Shown here one piece after another: positions 9,151 through 16,900 of a DNA stretch of 64,000 nucleotides. The notes beneath the pieces were generated by a model. The model was not told the DNA's origin, did not search any database, and saw nothing but the letters and a program-made list of their open reading frames with translations. The stretch is taken from NCBI GenBank assembly GCA_022839105.1, contig JALHDH010000006.1:9726-73725 (forward strand). Direction: 5' to 3'. How positions within the stretch are numbered: the first letter of the stretch is position 1; each line of letters opens with the position of its first letter. Source of the stretch: a bacterium (GTDB lineage: Bacteria; Vulcanimicrobiota; Xenobia; Xenobiales; Xenobiaceae). The position numbers were made by a program, and so were the translations under genes.

Positions 9151-9846
9151 ATGACCATCAAGGTCGACCTGCTGCCTACCGAACGCAAGAGGTTCACCTT
9201 CGACCCCATGATGGGGTTCCTTTTGGTGATCATCATCGTCTGCACGGTAGGCTTCGTCATCTACGGGTCCAAGCTCCAGAACAACATCGAGACGGAGAAG
9301 GCCGGCGTCGCCCAGATCGAAGCCGAGATCAAGACCATCGAGAACAGCCTTCCCCAGATCGAGGATCTCAAGGCGGATATTGCCAAGATCAAGGCGGAGA
9401 TCAAGGTGATCGAGGGGCTGGTCTACGACCCCGTCCGTTACGGCAATCTCCTCGCCGAGGTCGGGCGTGTCCTGCCCGCCAACGTCTGGGTCGAGAGCCT
9501 CGCGATCGAGCCCGGCACCCGTTCCATCACGATGAGCGGAACCGCCGCGCAGATGGGGGCGAGCCATCCGCTGGCCACCATCGCCTCCCTCCTGGAGAAA
9601 ATCCATCAGTCCAAGATCTTCAACGATGCCTCCCTCGGCTCGACCGCCCAGGTCAAGCTTCTGGATGGCAACCTGATCGGCTTCAGCTTCCAGATCGAAG
9701 CCCGATATGACCCGGACCAGGCCGCCGGCCTGACCGAAGAAGTGCCTGCGGGTGGCGAGTCGTCCGCAGAGTTGGACGGGGTTCCGGCGGAAGGAGGAGC
9801 CGAGGCTCCACCTGAAGCTGGCGAGCCTCCCGCTCCGGGAACCTAG
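9151..9846 (+). CDS. pilN: Type IV pilus alignment protein PilN
   Basis: Short cytoplasmic N-terminus MTIKVDLLP (INLLP-like PilM-binding motif), a single TM, a coiled coil and a C-terminal domain with a Glu/Pro-rich tail. RBS is AGGAGGAGG. Confidence 0.85.
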   Translation: MTIKVDLLPTERKRFTFDPMMGFLLVIIIVCTVGFVIYGSKLQNNIETEKAGVAQIEAEIKTIENSLPQIEDLKADIAKIKAEIKVIEGLVYDPVRYGNLLAEVGRVLPANVWVESLAIEPGTRSITMSGTAAQMGASHPLATIASLLEKIHQSKIFNDASLGSTAQVKLLDGNLIGFSFQIEARYDPDQAAGLTEEVPAGGESSAELDGVPAEGGAEAPPEAGEPPAPGT

Positions 9847-9854
9847 GAGGAAAG

Positions 9855-10508
9855 ATGACTCTCACCACCCCGATGAAGATCATCCTGGCCCTGCTGGTCA
9901 TCGCGTTGATCGCAGTTGGCTTCTGGCTTCTGGACTGGCAGCACAAGCATACCGAGCTGGCTGGCATCAAGCAGCAGAGGGCGGATCTCGAGGCCAAGCT
10001 CGAACAGAACAAGGAGCTGGTCAAGGCCCTTCCGGTGCTGACCCGCGAGAAGGCAGACCTCGAAGAGAAGCTTCGCACGGTCGTGCAGACGGACCTGGTG
10101 GCCGAGCAGCCCGAACTCTTCGTGGCCAACTACATCAAGCAGATCGAGGCCGTGGTGTTGGAGCAGAGGGTTCGCATGGGGGATCCCACCTTCGACATCA
10201 TCAACATCCAGCCCGGAGCGCTCACCGCGTCCTCCCCGGCCGGAGCCGCCCCCGAGGAGGGCGCCGAAGGGGCCGACGCCACGCCGGACGCGCTCAAGTC
10301 GTTCCCGACCCGTGTCTTCAACATGAGCATGCGGGGAAGATACGCAACCCTGATCGACTTCCTCTACCAACTGGGAGCGCTGCGGCTTGAGCGTCTGGTC
10401 ACGATCGACAAGATCGCCCTGAGCCCGGCCGACAAGAACCTGACCGGCGGCAGCCCGACGCTCTCGATCACGATCCCCATCACCGCCTATATGCGGCAGG
10501 GAGGTTAG
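9855..10508 (+). CDS. pilO: Type IV pilus alignment protein PilO
   Basis: Single N-terminal TM (IILALLVIALIAVGFWLL), a coiled coil and a C-terminal domain. It starts 8 nt after pilN with RBS TAGGAGGAAAG. Confidence 0.8.
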   Translation: MTLTTPMKIILALLVIALIAVGFWLLDWQHKHTELAGIKQQRADLEAKLEQNKELVKALPVLTREKADLEEKLRTVVQTDLVAEQPELFVANYIKQIEAVVLEQRVRMGDPTFDIINIQPGALTASSPAGAAPEEGAEGADATPDALKSFPTRVFNMSMRGRYATLIDFLYQLGALRLERLVTIDKIALSPADKNLTGGSPTLSITIPITAYMRQGG

Positions 10509-10514
10509 AGAATC

Positions 10515-11165
10515 ATGAACCTGCCCGAGATTGCTCATCGGTTGCGTCGGGGAACGATGGCCCTGGCGCTGGCAGGAACGCTTGCCCTTTGCGCCGCGTG
10601 CGGCGGAGGGGGAGGCACCGGCGAGACCGAGACGACCGACTCCGGAACTCCGCCTGCGGTCAGCGGCGAGGTCCAGGTCACCGAAGAGGAAGTGGCTCTG
10701 GAACCCGAGGTTCCCGAAGCCACCGCGACTCCCGAGCGCCGTCAGCCTCAGGTCCGGTCGGTGGGTCGGGTCCGAGACCCGTTCATCAACCCGCTCGAGG
10801 CCAGTGTCGTGCCGGTCCAGCCTGCAGGTCCCGTGACCCAGCCCGGAGTCGCCGCTCCTGCCGGCGGGGCGGCTCCGATGACCGGTGCTCCCTTGGCTGG
10901 CTTCCAGAAGCCGAAGGCTCCTGAGATGCCGACCCCGGACGTCATGGTCACCGGCCTGGTGCGTTCGGGTGCGACCTATCGCGCCATCCTGACCGGCCCT
11001 GAAGGCTCCTTGATCGTGGCGGCCGGACAGAAGGTCGGCTCCTTCCAGGTGGCCTCGATCAGCCCCAAAGGGGTTGTGCTCTCCTGGAAGGGCCAGAAGG
11101 TGACCCTGCCTTTGGAACGCGAGGAGTTCGGGCCCGATGGCCTCCGTCGCGGAGAAAGGCCTTAG
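10515..11165 (+). CDS. pilP: PilP-like pilus assembly lipoprotein
   Basis: Signal/lipobox-like LAGTLALCAACGG, then a Pro/Glu-rich linker. The C-terminal beta-domain motifs are VRDPFINPLE and VTGLVRSGATYRAILTGPEGSLIVAAGQKVG...VASISPKGVVL. Its position between pilO and pilQ supports the call. Confidence 0.65.
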   Translation: MNLPEIAHRLRRGTMALALAGTLALCAACGGGGGTGETETTDSGTPPAVSGEVQVTEEEVALEPEVPEATATPERRQPQVRSVGRVRDPFINPLEASVVPVQPAGPVTQPGVAAPAGGAAPMTGAPLAGFQKPKAPEMPTPDVMVTGLVRSGATYRAILTGPEGSLIVAAGQKVGSFQVASISPKGVVLSWKGQKVTLPLEREEFGPDGLRRGERP

Positions 11166-11546
11166 AGACAGTCAACGCAGAATCCGCCGCGCGGCCCGGG
11201 TCCATTGGCCGGTCTGCGAGCACGCGGCAGGTTCCAGCGCCCCATCGGAGCGGTCTCCGATGCCGGGCAGAACAGGTGAAACGCACGGTCGGGCCTCGAG
11301 GGTGCCCGTCCGAGCGAGGCGACAGCGGCCAGCCAGGCCTCGAGGCCCGGGGTATCCCTGGGGCGGTCCCGGAACGGGGCCTCCGCGCGGCCGGCCCCTT
11401 CGACGGCGGAAGGTGGTGATCAGTGCTACGGACGGTATCGACCCTCGAGGAATCAGGGGCACACGACTTCTCCGAGGCGCCACGAGCGCAGGGGGCGGTC
11501 GGCGCCTCACCCAGAATGATGGCCAATAGGAGGTGGGTAAAAACCA

Positions 11547-13589
11547 ATGCTCTTGTCGAAGCCTAGAAGCTGGAAGCTTCTGCTCGCGTGCCTTCTGGCC
11601 GTAGGACTTTTGCTGCCTGCGACCACGACGGCCCAGGCTGCCAGCGCGACCGTGAGCGGTGTCAAGATCACGGACGGCACCGGAACCTTGAAGGTGGACG
11701 TCCAGGCCACGGCCCCGGTGAGCTTCCGTTCCAAGCGGCTTGCCCAGCCGCGGCAGATGGTTGTCATCGATGTGTGGCCGGCAGTGCTCGGCACCGGCGC
11801 CCAAGCCCAGACCGATGTGAATCGGGGCCTGGTCGAGAAGGTTCGCCTGGCCCAGTACACGCCGGATACGGTTCGCGTCTATCTGGACGTGATCTCGCAG
11901 CCGCAACTCCAGGTCAGCCCTGCGCCCGAGCGGCGTGGCCTGACGGTGGCCGTCTCCACATCTCAGATTGCCGAGGCGAAAGTCACGACAGCCCCGGCAG
12001 CTCCGAGTGCGGAGGCCACCCGTCCGGCTCCCGTTCACAAGCCGGTGGCCCAGACCGCTCCCGCCCCGAAGCCTGCTCCGCAGGCCAAGGCGCAGCCCCG
12101 TCCTGCGACCCCCGCGTCCGTCACCCGGACGCCGACCTCCACCGCTTCGGCCCTGCGGGCCCAGCGGCCTCGCCCCCGGCCGGCGCCGGCTCCCAAGACG
12201 GTCTCCATCGATTTCGTCAACGCGGATCTGGTCTTCGTGATCAAGGCTCTGGCCCAGGAGATGGGTCGGAACGTCTTCGTCGCGCCCAACGTGATGGGGA
12301 CGGTCACCGTCACCCTGAACAAGGTGCAGCCCGAAGGGGCCCTGGCCCTGATCCTGAAGATGCAGGAGAACGACTACAACTACAAGATCGTGGACGGGAC
12401 CATCGTGGTGGCCAGTCCCGAGAAGCTGGCGCAGGTCGCGGATGATATCCTCACCCCGCGGACCAAGTCGGCTGCCGCCCGTCGCGACCTGATCTCCCAG
12501 GAATTCCTGCTCGAGGCCGCTCCGGCTGCCAAGGTCACCGAGTTCCTGAAGCTCCAGTATCCCGACGTGGAGTTCACCCAGCACCCGACGCTGAACGGCT
12601 TCTTCGCCAAGGCGACCCGGGATGAGCTGCGCCAGATCAAGGCCTCCATTCCTGGCCTGGATCAGGTGCCTGAACCTCCGCCGGCCCCTCGGCGCGAGTT
12701 CATCCCGGTCAAGTATGGTGATATCCGTCAGGTCCAGGCCTTGGCCAAGACCCTGGTGCCGGACCTCGAGTACAACACGGATGATCGGCTGAACCTGCTG
12801 ATCGTCAATGGCTCGGATGCCTCGATCGAGGCCCTGCAGGAGCTCCTGGCCACCATCGACCGGCCGCAGGAGCAGGTCATGCTCGATGTCAAGGTCGTCG
12901 ACCTGACCGAGAGCGGTGGAAAGAACCTCGGCGTGACGTGGGGCGCGCCCAACGCACCCGGCTCCTTCCAGACCACCTTCGGTGAGATCGTCCCGGTCCT
13001 CACTCCTCCGGCTGGATCGATCACCAATGACCAGATCGACCTCACCGAGTTGACCGGATTGGCAATCGGCCCGTTCGGTCGCACCCCGTTCGTGGTCCAG
13101 ACCACCCTGGCGTTCCTGATCACCAACGGTGAGGCCAAGATCCTGGCCTCTCCGCGGGTGGCCACCCAGTCCGGAGGCGAAGCGAAGATCCACGTGGGCG
13201 ACAAGTTCCCCATCGTGTTCTTCGACCCGCGTGCCGGCCAGTTCCAGGTCACCTACGTCAACATCGGCGTCACCCTCGACGTCAAGCCCCAGGTCAAGGC
13301 AGATGGCTACATCGTGGCCGAAGTCAAGCCTGAGGTGTCGAACCTGGTCGATCTGGTCAACAACCAGTACCCCCGCACCACGGTCCGCACCGTCAACTCG
13401 ACGATGCGGGTCAAGGATGGCGACACGATTGTGCTGGGCGGCCTGATCTCCGAGAGTCAGCGCCACAGCGTCAGCAAGATCCCGCTTCTGGGTGACCTGC
13501 CGATCTTCGGTCCCTTGTTCCGCTCGGTGACCGATTCGGCGGATCGCAACGAAGTGATCCTGATGATGACCCCGCACATCATGAAGTAG
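11547..13589 (+). CDS. pilQ: Type IV pilus secretin PilQ with N-terminal AMIN domain
   Basis: Signal peptide, then an AMIN-like segment (VSGVKITDGTGTLKVDVQATAPVSFRSKRLAQPRQMVVIDVWPAVL) and a Pro/Ala-rich linker. The secretin C-domain shows VKDGDTIVLGGLISE...SKIPLLGDLPIFGPLFRS. Confidence 0.9.
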   Translation: MLLSKPRSWKLLLACLLAVGLLLPATTTAQAASATVSGVKITDGTGTLKVDVQATAPVSFRSKRLAQPRQMVVIDVWPAVLGTGAQAQTDVNRGLVEKVRLAQYTPDTVRVYLDVISQPQLQVSPAPERRGLTVAVSTSQIAEAKVTTAPAAPSAEATRPAPVHKPVAQTAPAPKPAPQAKAQPRPATPASVTRTPTSTASALRAQRPRPRPAPAPKTVSIDFVNADLVFVIKALAQEMGRNVFVAPNVMGTVTVTLNKVQPEGALALILKMQENDYNYKIVDGTIVVASPEKLAQVADDILTPRTKSAAARRDLISQEFLLEAAPAAKVTEFLKLQYPDVEFTQHPTLNGFFAKATRDELRQIKASIPGLDQVPEPPPAPRREFIPVKYGDIRQVQALAKTLVPDLEYNTDDRLNLLIVNGSDASIEALQELLATIDRPQEQVMLDVKVVDLTESGGKNLGVTWGAPNAPGSFQTTFGEIVPVLTPPAGSITNDQIDLTELTGLAIGPFGRTPFVVQTTLAFLITNGEAKILASPRVATQSGGEAKIHVGDKFPIVFFDPRAGQFQVTYVNIGVTLDVKPQVKADGYIVAEVKPEVSNLVDLVNNQYPRTTVRTVNSTMRVKDGDTIVLGGLISESQRHSVSKIPLLGDLPIFGPLFRSVTDSADRNEVILMMTPHIMK

Positions 13590-13610
13590 TCCTCGTTCGA
13601 GGTCGCTTCG

Positions 13611-13642
13611 CAGGAGGGTGGTGTTTCGGCACCACCCTCCTG
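13611..13642 (+). terminator. Perfect 13-bp stem-loop after pilQ
   Basis: CAGGAGGGTGGTG-tttcgg-CACCACCCTCCTG starts 22 nt after the pilQ stop. No clear U-tract follows, so it may act as a terminator or as a processing/stability element. Confidence 0.5.
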
Positions 13643-13987
13643 CCATGTCCGGCCGGGTTGGAATGCTCCTTCCCCTCCGTCTTCTTGGGAATCACGCAGG
13701 GGAGGAGGTCGGTCCTGGGGAACCGAACAGTCCGAAAGTCAAAGCCTGTCTTCTCGACCCGGGGCGCGGTTGCTTTGTTCGGGAGGGGCCCGGGGCGCTG
13801 GCCTGGGAGCCTGGGAATCCGGTCAGGTGGGGCGCCGGTTCCGGGGCCTCGGCGTCTTGATGGGATATCCGGGTTTCCGAGCAGCAGGTCTTGTCGGGCC
13901 CGCCCGGAGAGGCGGGCAGTCGGGGATTTGTTTTGCGACCCTGGGCTCGACGCAGGCGCAGGGCCCCAGAAAGTGGTGTGAACGCAA

Positions 13988-16900
13988 GTGGCCGATGACG
14001 TCCGGGATTTGATGCGGGAGGCCGAGTCGCTGATCGAGGAGCGCGACTGGGATGCCGCCCTGGAGAAGCTCAAGAGGGTCCTGGAACTTGATCCTGAGAA
14101 CGCCAAGGCGTGTGAGAGGCGGGCACACGCTTTCGCGGTTCGCGGCATGATCAAGTCGGTCGTTCAGACCTACTTCCGTTTGATGGACATCCTGGAGGCA
14201 CGCTCGGAGCTCGACCCGGCCATCGAGGTCGCCGGCTGGATTCAGCGCCTGGATCCCCAATCAGATGCCGCCAGGATGCGGGTCATCCAGATCCTGCGCA
14301 AGAAGGGCGACCAGGCCGAGGTGGTCCGTCGCTCGCGGGATCTGGCCCGGCTCTATATCGAACTCGGACAAGGCGATCAGTCGATTTCGCTTCTGAAGAG
14401 CGCCCAGGAGGCGGATCCCGAGAACCTCGAGATCGGTCTGGAACTGGCCGAGATGTTCGTCAGCCATGGGCATATCGAGGAGGGGGCCGCGCAGTATCGC
14501 AAGGTGGCCGGAGCCTTCCAGGAAAAAGGCCTGGTCGAGAAGGCCGCCGAGGCGTTCCGGCGCATGAAGGTCATCGTTCCCGATGACCCCGGGGTCTTCT
14601 TCACCCTCGGCAAGCTCTTCGTGACCTTGGGGCGTTTCAACGAGGCCGAGCAGGAATTCCGGGCGATCCTGCGCCACAACCTCAACCACGAGGAGGCCCT
14701 GCTGGCCCTGGGCGATGTGTGCCAGAAGAAGGGGCAGTTCCGCGACGCGATCCTGGCGTTCAACAAGATCCTGAGCATCAATCCCCAGGAGAATACCGCC
14801 AAGGAGAAGCTGGGGGAACTCTATCAGGCCCAGGGCATTTCTCAGGACGCTGTCAAGCACTATCTGGCCGCGGCTCATTCCTGGCAGCAGCTTGAGGAGC
14901 ATCCGCGGGCCATCAAGCTCTATCAGCGGGTCCTGGCACTGGATCCCACCAACCCCACCGCGTGTCGGGAACTGACCAACCTGGGGGCTCCGTTGACCCC
15001 CGACCCCGGGGACTTCGCCCCGCCAGCCCAGCCGGCTCCGACCCCGGAGACCGGTCGTTCCAAGTCGGCCTCACAATCTTCAAAAAACCAGTCCGGCGAG
15101 ACCATCCAGGTCCCCAAGAAGCGCCGCAAGGGTCTCGAGTCCCCGGATGGTTCCCCGCCCGCCGGAGAACGCGTCCGCAAAGGTCTGGTCCGCAAGGAGG
15201 AAGCTGGCGGCCGGGGTCTGACCCGCAAGGTGGGAGGGAAGGCCGGCCTGGTCGCGGCGAGTCTCGAAAAGCCCGTTCTCGGGCGGGGGGGGAGCGGGCC
15301 TCGTCCGGGCTTGATGAAGCCGGGCCTGGGACTCCCCGGTGCCGAGAAGCCGGTTCTCGGGGGCAAGAGGACCTTGCGCCGGAAGGACCGTGTCGAGGAG
15401 CCGCCCGAAGAAGTCTTCGAGGAGGTCTTCGAGGAAGTCTTCGAGGAGCCTGTCGAGGAGATCGTCCAGGCCAAGCCGGAACTCCCTCGGGAGGCTCCGG
15501 CAGCCGCCCAGCCTCCCGAGGAGGTCGCCCCCCCGGCTCCGCTCGAAGAACCCTTGGAGTTCATTGAAGAGGCAGCCCCGGCAATCGCCTCCGAGGCTCC
15601 TGAGATCGAACAGGCTTCCCTGGATTCCGAACTCACCGAGGCGGAGGCGCAAGTGACTCCGGTGGAAGTCGCTGCGCCTCCGCGCCCCAGCCCGGTCCGG
15701 CCCGTCATGGTGGTCCAGGCCCGACCTGGAACCTTGCAGGTTCCACCTCCGGTCCTCTTCCTGGCCGAACCCTCCCTGCTGCCTCGAATCCGCGAGCAGG
15801 TCGTGGACGCGCCGGATCCCGAGGTGCTTCCCTGGAGCCCCCTGACCGAGGTGGACGAGGACCAGGTCCGTCAGGCCCGCAAGAAGAAGACCGAGGCCCA
15901 GGTGGCCCAGGTTCCGGACGAGAAGAAGTCCGGTCCGATCGCCTCGCGCTTTGGTGGCTCCGGAGGAGGCCTGACCTTCTCGGGTGGTTCGCTTCTTCAG
16001 GGGATGCGGATGGCCGGGGGGCAGAAATCCCGGCGTCCGGCTGCGCGAGCAGAGCAACCCCAGGAGCCCCCCGCGGAAGCCACGCCCAAGACGGCCCGGC
16101 CGGCAGCCGGGCGATCTCCCTCGGCGGCCGGCTCGCTGGCCGAGAGGATCGCCAGGATGCGTGCCGAGAAGGATGCCCTGGAACGGGAACAATCCGGGCA
16201 GGTTTCCTCCGAAGAGGAGGCCGCTCCCAAGCCGCCTGCTCCGCCCAAGGTGCGCCCTGGAACGCCGCCCGTTGCCCGGGGGCGCAAGGCCTTGCTGGGG
16301 GGAACCCCGTCTGCCTCTCCACCGGTCACGGCCGCGCCGGAGCGCATCCCTGCGCCCCAGGTGACGCCCGCACCCGGAAGGATTCCAGCTCCCCAGGCCT
16401 CCGATTCGGTTGAGGCCGTTGCAGTCGAAGAGGCGGTCCCCGGACCGGGCCGCCCCGCTGTCGTTCGCGCGGGGCGCACGGCCCTGGGAAAGGCCTCGAC
16501 GCCCGTGGAGGCGCCCGCTGCCGTGCCTGCTCCCGAGCCGGTTCCGCCCCCTCAGGTCCCTGAGCCGCCCCTGGAGGTTGCCGCCCAGCCTTCGGAGGAG
16601 CCGCAGGCCCAGGTGGCGCCCGTGCTGGAGGAGGTTCCGGTCGGGGAGACCGCTTCCGAGGAGTCGTCCCAGGCCGTCGTCGAGGAGGACCTCCTTGCCG
16701 GATCCGCCTCCCAGGCTGGATTGCCGGTTGCCGCGGGAGAGGAGGAGCTCTTTGCCGGAGCCCCCTCCCAGGCGGAATTGCCGATCGGTGCCGGGGAGGA
16801 GGAGCTCTTTGCCGGAGCTCCCTCCCAGGAGGAATTGCCGATCGGCGCCGGGGAGGAGGAGCTCTTCGCGGGACCGCCCTCCCAGGAGGAGTTGCAGATC

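Noticed and set aside
11275-11283. GGTGAAACG in the pilP-pilQ spacer, reminiscent of an RNase P RNA conserved segment
   Set aside because: The universally conserved RNase P P4 sequence (GAGGAAAGUCCGG-like) is absent, as are the other conserved regions. No SRP, tmRNA or 6S hallmarks were seen either.
11172-13646. 824-aa minus-strand ORF opposite pilQ, and similar long antisense ORFs (e.g. 39832-42117, 41051-43192, 45176-47155, 47323-48987, 59154-60821)
   Set aside because: Same reasoning as above. The compositions are dominated by R/G/P/A/L with no family motifs. The opposite strand carries clearly recognisable genes (secretin, GH13, radical SAM, etc.).
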